From: Bacteriovoracaceae bacterium
GTDB taxonomy: Bacteria; Bdellovibrionota; Bacteriovoracia; Bacteriovoracales; Bacteriovoracaceae
DNA length: 64,000 nt
Direction: 5' to 3'
Assembly: GCA_965217035.1 (NCBI GenBank)
Contig: OZ244226.1
Span: 1,904,146-1,968,145, forward strand
Numbering within the stretch: position 1 is the first letter of the stretch; every line of letters starts with the position of its first letter. The notes beneath the pieces are model-generated. The model saw only the letters and a list, made by a program, of their open reading frames with translations, was not told the origin of the DNA and did no database searches. This document shows positions 9,717-18,175 of the stretch, one piece after another. The translations under genes were made by a program, and so were the position numbers.

Positions 9717-11452
9717 TTATCAAGTTTGATTAAGCCTGATTTCAAATATCTCTGAGAAATAATATTAAAGATGGGTTCGTTTTCAAGCGGGTTTATTTCA
9801 GCCATGGCTACTGCTCTTCTTTGAGCACGCCTTCTTTTGTACTCTCTTAACCTCTCTGCGGGATCCATTGAAGCTTCTTTCTCTTGCCCTTGAAGTTTCT
9901 TGAAAATATCATTTGAAGAGAAGTCAAAACTTGGAAGTTTGCTTACTGTAGTTCTTCTTTTTCTTGTTTTCTTACCTCTACGAGTATAACTCTTAGCAAC
10001 GGTTCTACCTGTGACCTGAGTAAGTCTTTTCTTATGCTTTGGAGTTAATTTTGCTTGAGAGGCAAGTAATGCTGTTGCTGGTGACATCCCTGCAGCTCTG
10101 TAAGCTTTAGCTAATTTAGGATCTCCAGCTTTTAAGTTCTGACCTGCGAGGGCCTTGTTTGTTTGTTTTTCTGCAAGTTTACTGAAGTAATCAGCACGTT
10201 TCCCGATTTTATTTCTATCAGCAGCAGAAAGTTCACCTCGCGCAATGATACTAAAAGAATCTGTGAGGTTGCTTTCTATTCCAGGATCTAAATCCATATT
10301 ACGAATTTCAAAATTAAGAGCGTTGTCGAGGCATGTGTTATTGGCACGACATTCACAAGTTGGATCTGCTTGCCCACGACCATCAAGGCAAGCCATTCCA
10401 ATATGAGTCGAGTCACCTCGCTGGAGCTCATCGGCGATACAATTTTGTTCAAATTCTAAACTGTGAGCTGCTTCAGAAACTTCTCTTTGTTCAGCACAGA
10501 AACAGGGGGTCCCAGGATAGCATTCACCTTTTTTAGGAATTTTTCGAGCGGCAGTCAGAGCTTCGTCTCGAGTTTCTTTATGACGTTTAGCACTTTTTAA
10601 GGAAAGAGTGCTGAGTGTTCCTGCTAAGCCAGTATAAACCGCATACTCAATACCCTTTGGAATATTATATTTTGAAAATTCTATTGCTGAAGCTACGCCA
10701 AAACAAGTTGCTACAGTTCCAAAGATAGTTCCTTGAGTAACATTAGATTTTCTTTTCAATTCATGATTATTAGCAATGGTATAGAGAGCCTCTGACTGAG
10801 CGATCTCCATGCTTGTTTTGTTATATTTTTTTTGCATTTTGTTCTGAGAAAGCATGGTTGAAAGACTAAGGCCCATGACTCCAGCTGTTGCCACTAATTT
10901 ACAAATTTTTCCAAGATCTGCACCGCCTTCTTTATCTGGATCTGCTTTTGCTTTATCCATTTTAGCTTGAGCTTTATCTAGATTTGCTTCATTTGTTTTA
11001 AGAGATTCAGCTGCGCGATTTAAGTCTTCAGTCTTTGCTCCTTCTTTAATAAGACTTTTATGTTGTTTTTGAGATTTTTTTAAAAGACTTTTCTGTTTAG
11101 TAAGGTTTTTTCTTGCCTTATCGACATTGACACTTCTTCTTAAACTTCCAGCTTTTAATGAAAGAGCCGATCCCAGTCCTCCAGCAACTAGAAAGCCCAT
11201 TGCATGTTGAGCAATAAAGCTATTCACAACGTCAATTCCACGATCTGTAGGAGTATTAGGATTACACTTATGCTCTAATTTCTCGCATTCTTCTTCGTAT
11301 TTATCGATCGTGCTTTGGTGGATGTAATCCTTGTATTTATACCTATCTGCGATGTCTTGTGTCGCTGATCCTGTCTCTTGAGCAAAGGCAGGGTTCCAGA
11401 TCAAACCAAAGGCGATCCATTGAATAATGAGTGGTCGAATTGTATTTTTCAT
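9713..11452 (-). CDS. Secreted Cys-rich hypothetical protein with several hydrophobic helices
   Basis: Start reassigned to ATG 11452 (signal peptide MKNTIRPLIIQWIAFGLIWNPAFA); coiled coil, Gly-rich hydrophobic segments, Cys clusters, basic C-terminal region. Confidence 0.8.
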   Translation of the reverse strand: MKNTIRPLIIQWIAFGLIWNPAFAQETGSATQDIADRYKYKDYIHQSTIDKYEEECEKLEHKCNPNTPTDRGIDVVNSFIAQHAMGFLVAGGLGSALSLKAGSLRRSVNVDKARKNLTKQKSLLKKSQKQHKSLIKEGAKTEDLNRAAESLKTNEANLDKAQAKMDKAKADPDKEGGADLGKICKLVATAGVMGLSLSTMLSQNKMQKKYNKTSMEIAQSEALYTIANNHELKRKSNVTQGTIFGTVATCFGVASAIEFSKYNIPKGIEYAVYTGLAGTLSTLSLKSAKRHKETRDEALTAARKIPKKGECYPGTPCFCAEQREVSEAAHSLEFEQNCIADELQRGDSTHIGMACLDGRGQADPTCECRANNTCLDNALNFEIRNMDLDPGIESNLTDSFSIIARGELSAADRNKIGKRADYFSKLAEKQTNKALAGQNLKAGDPKLAKAYRAAGMSPATALLASQAKLTPKHKKRLTQVTGRTVAKSYTRRGKKTRKRRTTVSKLPSFDFSSNDIFKKLQGQEKEASMDPAERLREYKRRRAQRRAVAMAEINPLENEPIFNIISQRYLKSGLIKLDN

Positions 11453-11468
11453 AGTTTTATTATCTTCT

Positions 11469-11495
11469 ATATCGGATTCTGGCTGGAAATCTTGA
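11469..11495 (-). promoter_or_regulatory. Putative sigma28 (FliA) promoter
   Basis: TCAA-N15-TCCGATAT on the minus strand against consensus TAAA-N15-GCCGATAA; 16 nt upstream of ATG 11452. Confidence 0.65.
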
Positions 11496-11598
11496 GGAAA
11501 AAGCTGTAATTTCATAGTGTTAGAGTGGTCCTCATTTTAAATACCTTGGCAACAAAAGTTTACAAATTGTGACCCTTGGGCAAATAATAAAGGGCACC

Positions 11599-11613
11599 TA
11601 GGAGCACCTCCTA
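11599..11613. promoter_or_regulatory. Inverted repeat, candidate autoregulatory operator
   Basis: TAGGAG-CAC-CTCCTA directly upstream of the DtxR/MntR-family gene. Confidence 0.35.
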
Positions 11614-11632
11614 AGTATGAATTGAGGACTAA

Positions 11633-12118
11633 ATGGAAAAAAAGATTAACCACACTAGTGAAAGTGAATTAACTCATTCGATGGTTCACTATCTTTTAAC
11701 CATTCATAAGCTTAAAGAAAAGAACGGTTACGCTCGTGTTACTGATATTGCAAAAGACCTTAACCTTACAAAAGGTTCTGTCTCGACAGCTGTTAACAAT
11801 CTCAAGAAAAAAGAACTTGTTGTAGAGGATGAAAGTAAATTTCTTTCTCTTTCCGATACTGGTCATGATGAAGTTCATAAAATACTAACATCGAGAACTT
11901 TGCTTTTTTACTTTTTAAAAGATGTGGTAGGTGTTAGTGAAGATGCTGCTCATAATGATTCTTGTTTGATGGAACACTTAGTGAGTTCGGAGACTCGAGA
12001 AAAACTTTTTCACTTCATGAGAAAAATGAGTGGAGAGTCCTCTTTAGATCTGGCGAAATATTCTTCATTTGATGAATTTCAAGAAGATCAAACAGGTGAT
12101 ACATATTTAAAAAATTAA
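11633..12118 (+). CDS. DtxR/MntR-family metal-dependent transcriptional regulator
   Basis: YLLTIHKL, ARVTDIAKDLNLTKGSVS wHTH, DSCLMEH metal site; no C-terminal FeoA domain. Confidence 0.9.
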   Translation: MEKKINHTSESELTHSMVHYLLTIHKLKEKNGYARVTDIAKDLNLTKGSVSTAVNNLKKKELVVEDESKFLSLSDTGHDEVHKILTSRTLLFYFLKDVVGVSEDAAHNDSCLMEHLVSSETREKLFHFMRKMSGESSLDLAKYSSFDEFQEDQTGDTYLKN

Positions 12119-12148
12119 ATTCAATTAACTTATAAAAAAGGAAGTTTT

Positions 12149-14182
12149 ATGAGTAACAATCCGTTATTGATTAATCACAATTTACCCTTTGATGCAATTG
12201 CATTTAATAAATTAACAGAAGAAGATTTTCTTCCTGCTTTAAAAGAAACTGTGGAAAAGGCTGAGCAAGAAATAGAACATTACGTTCAACAAACAGATTT
12301 GAGTTTTAAGTCTGTTATTGAAGATCTAGACGCTCTTTCTGAGGATATGGATCACGTCGCGAATGTCTTTTATGGACTCTATAATGCCCATGCGACTGAA
12401 AAACTACGAAGCTATGGTTCTGAGTTTAGTAAAACACTGACGAACTTCTCTAATAAAATTACGCTTGATGAAAGAATTTTTACTCGGATCAAATCTCTTT
12501 ATGATAAAAAGGAAGAACTAAGTCTCACCCCTGAGCAGTCGCAAATCCTCACAAAATCTTATGACGACTTTGTGAGAAATGGAGCTCTTCTTCCTGAAGA
12601 TAAAAAGGAACAACTTAAAAAAATAAACGAAGAACTTGCCGACCTTTCTGTAAAGTTTGCCGATACTCTTCTTGATTCGAAGAACGAACTTTTTCTTCAG
12701 GTTGAAAATGAAGTTGACCTCGATGGAGTTCCTTCAAATGTAAAAGAGGAAGCACTAGAACGAGCAAAATCTAAAGATCTTTCAGGCTGGGTCTTTAATC
12801 TTGATTATCCAAGTTATCTTCCCTTCATGAAATTTGCTAAAAATAGAAAACTTCGAAAAAAGTTTTTTGAGATTAATAATCAAGCCGCTTTTAATGAGAA
12901 GTTTAATAATACGGATAACGTTTACAGAACGGTTGAACTTCGTATCCAGAGGGCACAGCTCCTTGGCTATAAAACTCATGCTCAATATGTCCTTGAGAAA
13001 AGAATGGCCGAAACTCCTGAAAGAGTTCAGTCATTTCAAAATGAGTTAAAAGAAAAAGCTCTATCTGCTGCTAAAAAAGACATTCAAAAACTAAAAGATC
13101 TTGCTAAAGAAATAGATGGGGTAGAGGACTTTGAGAGATGGGATCTCAATTATTATATTGAAATTCTAAAAAAGCGTGAACTTAATTTTGATGATGAGGT
13201 TTTGAGACCTTACTTGTCTCAAGAGAAAGTTATGGAGGGAGTCTTCACGGTTGCTAATAAGCTTTATGGACTTAAGTTTACAAAGCAATCAAACCTCCCT
13301 ATTTATCATGAAGATGTACAAGTTTATCAGGTCACACAAGAAGAGACAGGAGATCATATAGGTCTTTTCTATGTCGATCTTTACCCTCGTGAAACCAAAA
13401 AAGGTGGAGCTTGGATGATGAACTATGCTGATCAAGGTTTATACAAAGGCTCTGTGAGGCGTCCACTTGTAGGTATTGTTTGTAATTTCACTAAGCCAAC
13501 AAAGACCCAACCATCATTATTGAATCTCAATGAAGTGTTGACTCTTTTTCATGAGTTTGGTCATGCTCTTCATGGACTTCTTTCAAACTGTCATTATAGA
13601 ACCTTGAGTGGGACAAGTGTTTATTGGGACTTCGTAGAACTTCCTTCTCAAATTATGGAAAATTGGGTTAAGGAAAAAGAATGCCTTGATCTTTTTGCTG
13701 AACATTTTGAGACAGGTGAAAAAATACCGGAAGATATCGTTGATAAGATCATCATGAGTAATCAATTCATGGAAGGTTATATGACGATCCGTCAGCTAAG
13801 TTTCGGCTGGCTTGATATGTGTTGGCACAATCTTGAATCAATGCCTGAAGGTAAAGATATTATAGCCTTTGAAAATGAAGCATTAAAAGATTTTGCTCTT
13901 TTTGAAATGCCAAGAACTTCTGCTCGCTCGGTTACTTTTGGGCACCTTTTTGCTGGTGGTTATTCAGCTGGATATTATAGTTACAAATGGGCAGAGGTCT
14001 TGGATGCTGATGCTTTTGAATTTTTTAAAGAAAAAGGAATCTTCAATAAAGACGTTGCAAAAAGTTTTAGAGAAAATATTCTTGAGCGAGGGGGAACGAA
14101 ACCACCACTTGAACTTTTTAAAGCGTTTCGAGGAAGAGAACCAGATGTAAAGGCTCTTTTAAATAGAGCAGGACTCAATTAA
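12149..14182 (+). CDS. M3A-family metallopeptidase (peptidyl-dipeptidase Dcp / oligopeptidase A-like)
   Basis: NNPLL start, KKGGAWM, HEFGHALH, WDFVELPSQ, GYSAGYYSYKWAEVL, FRGREP. Confidence 0.95.
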   Translation: MSNNPLLINHNLPFDAIAFNKLTEEDFLPALKETVEKAEQEIEHYVQQTDLSFKSVIEDLDALSEDMDHVANVFYGLYNAHATEKLRSYGSEFSKTLTNFSNKITLDERIFTRIKSLYDKKEELSLTPEQSQILTKSYDDFVRNGALLPEDKKEQLKKINEELADLSVKFADTLLDSKNELFLQVENEVDLDGVPSNVKEEALERAKSKDLSGWVFNLDYPSYLPFMKFAKNRKLRKKFFEINNQAAFNEKFNNTDNVYRTVELRIQRAQLLGYKTHAQYVLEKRMAETPERVQSFQNELKEKALSAAKKDIQKLKDLAKEIDGVEDFERWDLNYYIEILKKRELNFDDEVLRPYLSQEKVMEGVFTVANKLYGLKFTKQSNLPIYHEDVQVYQVTQEETGDHIGLFYVDLYPRETKKGGAWMMNYADQGLYKGSVRRPLVGIVCNFTKPTKTQPSLLNLNEVLTLFHEFGHALHGLLSNCHYRTLSGTSVYWDFVELPSQIMENWVKEKECLDLFAEHFETGEKIPEDIVDKIIMSNQFMEGYMTIRQLSFGWLDMCWHNLESMPEGKDIIAFENEALKDFALFEMPRTSARSVTFGHLFAGGYSAGYYSYKWAEVLDADAFEFFKEKGIFNKDVAKSFRENILERGGTKPPLELFKAFRGREPDVKALLNRAGLN

Positions 14183-14286
14183 ATACCATAAGTGTTGATA
14201 TAGGCTGGTTGGTAAGGTTTCATTTGCCAACCAGACAAATAAGAGAAAAATGGCAGTAATGAAATTAATAATAATAAATTTTTCAT
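14179..14286 (-). CDS. Small signal-peptide-like ORF (35 aa), possibly a truncated secreted protein
   Basis: ATG 1 nt after the lipoprotein stop; MKNLLLLISLLPFFSYLSGWQMKPYQPAYINTYGI. Confidence 0.4.
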   Translation of the reverse strand: MKNLLLLISLLPFFSYLSGWQMKPYQPAYINTYGI

Positions 14287-14287
14287 T

Positions 14288-14866
14288 CTATTTCTCACAA
14301 GCATCTTCACCGATGCTTGTTGCATTTGATGGGTAAGAATAATAGCTTGATTGAGCTTGGCAACTCGATCCTTCATTTAAAGTCGAAATTCTAAAAGACC
14401 AACCCGTTGTATATTCTGTATCGAGAGCAATACGATTTGTATCGCAAGCTAAAGTTTCACCATCAGCCTCATAGATAAGATGAGATGTTGGAGATTCTAT
14501 TGATGTAAAGCCATTGCTCAGTGTTTTATTGGCAGCATCGAGGCATGTTCCACAGTTTGAATAAAAGATTTTAGTATATGAGGCCGTTTGAGAAGAGTTT
14601 TCTCCCGGGCGCCAATATTCGAGTTTGCATTTAAGATAATGCCCATGAGGTTGATTAGAGTTTTCATATCCAAAAGAATAACTAAAGCCACATGATTGAC
14701 CTTGACTGGTACAAGTAGGCTTATTGTTTGAAGAGTTTTCTTCTGTCTCTCTTGGAAAAGTAATTTTTATGATTGTACCTTCATCATTAAACTCTGTTTG
14801 AATATCACGAGAGTTTTCACATGCAATAAAAAAAAGTGGAAGAAGACCAATAATAAGTTTTCTCAT
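14288..14866 (-). CDS. Cys-rich lipoprotein of unknown function
   Basis: Lipobox FIAC, eight further Cys, Ser/Thr-rich. Confidence 0.8.
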   Translation of the reverse strand: MRKLIIGLLPLFFIACENSRDIQTEFNDEGTIIKITFPRETEENSSNNKPTCTSQGQSCGFSYSFGYENSNQPHGHYLKCKLEYWRPGENSSQTASYTKIFYSNCGTCLDAANKTLSNGFTSIESPTSHLIYEADGETLACDTNRIALDTEYTTGWSFRISTLNEGSSCQAQSSYYSYPSNATSIGEDACEK

Positions 14867-14878
14867 GCTTCTATAAAT

Positions 14879-14894
14879 AGCAAGTCAGATGCCA
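14879..14894 (-). promoter_or_regulatory. Sigma54 (-24/-12) promoter
   Basis: TGGCATCTGACTTGCT with exact GG-N10-GC spacing, 12 nt upstream of ATG 14866. Confidence 0.75.
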
Positions 14895-14967
14895 GTTCTA
14901 AACTTAAAAATTTTGACTTTGAGAAATGAAAGTAAGTAGAAAATTACAGAGTGTTTAATTTTTAGAC

Positions 14968-14993
14968 AAAAAACCCCTAGCATTTGCTAGGGG
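14968..14993 (-). terminator. Rho-independent terminator
   Basis: CCCCTAGC-AAAT-GCTAGGGG followed by T6 on the minus strand, downstream of the HtrA gene. Confidence 0.85.
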
Positions 14994-15037
14994 CTATATG
15001 CAGGAGAACAACGGTTGTTTGAGGAGGAGAACCGTTT

Positions 15038-15160
15038 TCATAATTCTCTTAAGCTTTTCCACTGTGTCGCTGCGCTTTTGCGGTATTGCTTATACAGCTC
15101 AAATCTTGCTCCTTGTGGATAAGACTTAACTGAATCATAAAAATATTCTAAAGCACTCAT
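15038..15160 (-). CDS. Putative 40-aa small protein coupled to the HtrA gene
   Basis: ATG 4 nt after the HtrA stop; MSALEYFYDSVKSYPQGARFELYKQYRKSAATQWKSLREL; below the ORF-track cutoff. Confidence 0.45.
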   Translation of the reverse strand: MSALEYFYDSVKSYPQGARFELYKQYRKSAATQWKSLREL

Positions 15161-15164
15161 ATCC

Positions 15165-16265
15165 TTAAAGCGCCTTAAGTTTTACTTTTATTGTTTTTTG
15201 AGATCCATCATCAGTGACAAGTTTCACAGAAATTTTATCTCCAATCTTATACTTTTGAAGAGTGTGAAAAATATCATCAAGTGAGTTCACTTCTTTTCCT
15301 TCAATGCTTAAAATGGTGTCGCCAACAAAAATTCTTCCTCGACGACTTCTTCTCATTCCTTGGATCCCTGCTTCATCTGCACCTGAGCCAGGCTCAACAT
15401 GGGCGACGATAACTCCTTTTCTCCCGAAAACATTACGACCCATATAGCGTCTGTAATGATCCGGGAGAGGGCTGATTCCAAGCGCTGGACGAATAACCTT
15501 GCCATGTTTAATCAACTCGGGGACGACTCTTTTTATAGAGTCTACGGGTACGGCAAAGCCAAGACCTGCGCTTGAGCGAGAGGTTGAAAAAATGAGAGTA
15601 TTCATTCCAATAAGATCACCACTCGAGTTGAGTAGTGGTCCCCCCGAATTCCCAGGGTTAATTGAAGCATCGGTTTGAATCATGTCGTGAATTTTCACGC
15701 CACCAATACCATCTATCTTTCTTCCAAGGGCCGATACAATCCCTTGGGTCATTGTATAATCTAATTCGAAAGGATTTCCGATTGCTATGGTTGTTTGACC
15801 TACATTAAGATCATGAGAAGATCCTACTTTGATAGGTTTAACTCCTTTTGGTAATTTTTTTACTTTTAAAACAGCAATATCAAGTTTGGGTTCTACTCCC
15901 ACAATTTCTGCTTCAATTTGTTCTTTGTGATTATAAAAAGAAATTAAAAATTTAGCGCCTTGATCACGAACAACATGATAATTAGTTACAATATGTTCTT
16001 TATCTTCCCAAACAAATCCAGAGCCGGCTCCAGCTTCTTGCTCTTCTGGAAGATCAAAAAAGAAACCACTTCTTACAACTTTTTTGCTCGTCACATTCAC
16101 AACAGACGGAACTGCGTTTTTGTAAGCCTTGATTCTCTTTTGTTCGATTTCCGAGAGGTTTTCGATTTTGTTCGTTTTGGGTGCTGTACTCCCAAAAATA
16201 GCAAAAGCTTCTGTGTTAAGAAAGTAAGCCGCTAGGGATAGAAGAAAAATTTTGACTAAACTCAT
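15165..16265 (-). CDS. HtrA/DegP-family serine protease with one PDZ domain
   Basis: GSGFV, VTNYHV, DIAVL, QTDASINPGNSGGPL, one PDZ; signal peptide. Confidence 0.95.
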   Translation of the reverse strand: MSLVKIFLLSLAAYFLNTEAFAIFGSTAPKTNKIENLSEIEQKRIKAYKNAVPSVVNVTSKKVVRSGFFFDLPEEQEAGAGSGFVWEDKEHIVTNYHVVRDQGAKFLISFYNHKEQIEAEIVGVEPKLDIAVLKVKKLPKGVKPIKVGSSHDLNVGQTTIAIGNPFELDYTMTQGIVSALGRKIDGIGGVKIHDMIQTDASINPGNSGGPLLNSSGDLIGMNTLIFSTSRSSAGLGFAVPVDSIKRVVPELIKHGKVIRPALGISPLPDHYRRYMGRNVFGRKGVIVAHVEPGSGADEAGIQGMRRSRRGRIFVGDTILSIEGKEVNSLDDIFHTLQKYKIGDKISVKLVTDDGSQKTIKVKLKAL

Positions 16266-16352
16266 AAGGTACTTCTCCTTCAGTTTCGTAATCAGTTTAT
16301 GAATTTCAATCTGTTCGTTCTACCAGTGAGTAGTAAAATCTTTGTCAACTAG

Positions 16353-17297
16353 TTGTTAATCATGCAAAAATTTTGCATGCCCTCTAAAGATGGTAACAGA
16401 ATTGAATTTTACAACCGCTACACTGGTAAAGCAGAAGAGGAAAAAGTATACGGAGGCGACGCTGTGCGTTTCTTTTACGGGAACTCATTTGGCCAAAAGC
16501 TAGAAGCTCTTATCTCTCTTCCTTTTGTTTCAGTACTTTATGGATGGACTCAAAACTTAAGGGTAAGCCGTCATAAGGTTCCAAAGTTTATTAAAAACTT
16601 TTCTATTGATATGGAACAATACCAAGCTGGTTCTTTAGGGCATGAGAAAAAAGAACTCACTTATAAAAGCTTTAATGAATTCTTTATAAGAGAATTTTAT
16701 TCAGGAGAAAGAGAGTTTGTTAAACAAGGGAAGCTTCCTGCTGTGGCAGAAGGGCGATATCTTGGTTATGAGTCTGTAACTGAAGACATTACTTTTCCTG
16801 TAAAAGGAAAGTTTCTTCGCTCAAAGGATCTTCTTGCGGCCAATAAATGGGCAAAAGATTTTGAAGCTGGTCCAATGCTTATCGCGAGACTGTGTCCTGT
16901 GGATTATCATCGCTACCATTATCCTTGTAATGGGCACACTCTTGATTTTTATAGGGTTGGAGGAGCTTTGCATTCTGTAAATCCTATGGCGCTCAGATTT
17001 CGTCCCTCATTATTTCTTGAAAATGTTAGACGGGTTAGTATTCTTCAAACGGAATGTTTTGGAAAGCTTGCTTATATTGAAGTTGGAGCAACTTGTGTGG
17101 GTAGGATTGTTCAGTCTCATGATGAAATGAAAGAGTTTAAAAGGGGAGATGAAAAAGGCTATTTTCTCTTTGGTGGGTCAACTGTCATTCTCATTGGAGA
17201 AAAGGGTGCCTGGAAACCCGCCCAAGACATTATTGAAAATACAGCTCAAAATCGAGAAGTTTATATAAGGCTTGGGGACCAAATTGGATCAATCTAA
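16353..17297 (+). CDS. psd: Phosphatidylserine decarboxylase proenzyme
   Basis: SFNEFFIR, RLCPVDYHRYH, EVGATCVG, GYFLFGGSTV cleavage motif; start may be ATG 16377. Confidence 0.92.
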   Translation: MLIMQKFCMPSKDGNRIEFYNRYTGKAEEEKVYGGDAVRFFYGNSFGQKLEALISLPFVSVLYGWTQNLRVSRHKVPKFIKNFSIDMEQYQAGSLGHEKKELTYKSFNEFFIREFYSGEREFVKQGKLPAVAEGRYLGYESVTEDITFPVKGKFLRSKDLLAANKWAKDFEAGPMLIARLCPVDYHRYHYPCNGHTLDFYRVGGALHSVNPMALRFRPSLFLENVRRVSILQTECFGKLAYIEVGATCVGRIVQSHDEMKEFKRGDEKGYFLFGGSTVILIGEKGAWKPAQDIIENTAQNREVYIRLGDQIGSI

Positions 17298-17313
17298 TCC
17301 CCTAGACAGATTG

Positions 17314-17799
17314 TTAGCAAAACTCCAAATATTTTAAAACATCGTTATAGCACTGAGTTCCCCAATAGAAGATTTTCTTTTGAGCAAGGGGGCGACTTGA
17401 ATGATAGTTTTCTCTTTGACTAAGTAGTTTATGCATTTGAGAAAATAGAGATTGAATAAAGGCTTGATCTTGAGCATTGAGATAAACTTTCTTAAATTGA
17501 AGAGTTGTATTGTTCTGATGTTCTATATATTGATGTTTTGCTGACTCGAGAATCGATTTAACTTCAAATTTTTTTGAATTATTATCTTTGAGTTTTAATA
17601 TAAGATCTGATTTTTTATTTTCATTGATGGAATAAAAAGTATCGTGATAGATGATAAGATCACTCACAACAAGTCTTTGAAGAACAAAGAAGAGTGAATC
17701 TTTCTTTATTTCTAAATCACGAGCGATTTGATTGAGGTTCTTTTTTGAAAGATTTAAACTTTCTATAATCATTCTTTCAATAGGAGTAAGGTAATTCAT
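17314..17799 (-). CDS. Winged-HTH domain protein
   Basis: LTPIERMIIESL..KNLNQIARDLEIKKDSLFFVLQRLVVSDLI..FYSIN wHTH pattern. Confidence 0.65.
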   Translation of the reverse strand: MNYLTPIERMIIESLNLSKKNLNQIARDLEIKKDSLFFVLQRLVVSDLIIYHDTFYSINENKKSDLILKLKDNNSKKFEVKSILESAKHQYIEHQNNTTLQFKKVYLNAQDQAFIQSLFSQMHKLLSQRENYHSSRPLAQKKIFYWGTQCYNDVLKYLEFC

Positions 17800-17800
17800 T

Positions 17801-18127
17801 TTACGCTCCCTCTGGTAAAGAAAAGTTTTGAGTATTTTTCTTGCAGTAGAGGAGCATTTTCATTTCATCAACAAGTGAGTTGAGATTATGAAGACTTAGC
17901 CTCTGTTCACAAGATTTCGCCAGCTGATAGAGATCAGAAGATTCAATCTGATTTCTATCTAAAAATCTTTTTAGTTTCTCATATTCAGAAAGTTTCATCT
18001 CATGCCCATTGAGTAGGCGAAAAATTCTTGAGGGATTGATGTTGAGATCTCTTCCCATTTCTCTCATTGTTTTGTTGGGATAATTTTTTCTGTAAAGTTC
18101 AATTAAGTGAGACTGTGTTGATGTCAT
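17801..18127 (-). CDS. XRE/Cro-like HTH protein
   Basis: TMREMGRDLNINPSRIFRLLNGHEMKLSEYEKL; AAGGAGG RBS. Confidence 0.7.
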   Translation of the reverse strand: MTSTQSHLIELYRKNYPNKTMREMGRDLNINPSRIFRLLNGHEMKLSEYEKLKRFLDRNQIESSDLYQLAKSCEQRLSLHNLNSLVDEMKMLLYCKKNTQNFSLPEGA

Positions 18128-18155
18128 TATCTTCCTCCTTTAGTGGTTACCTAAG

Positions 18156-18171
18156 AGCAAGAGCGAGGCCA
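18156..18171 (-). promoter_or_regulatory. Sigma54 (-24/-12) promoter
   Basis: TGGCCTCGCTCTTGCT (GG-N10-GC) between the activator stop codon and the HTH gene RBS. Confidence 0.75.
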
Positions 18172-18175
18172 GTTT

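Noticed and set aside
11453..11515. Longer ORF-track starts (also 2450, 4449, 7720, 21078, 25847, 37542, 44852, 50737, 52042)
   Set aside because: Downstream starts fit RBS, promoter, signal peptide or family N-terminus better
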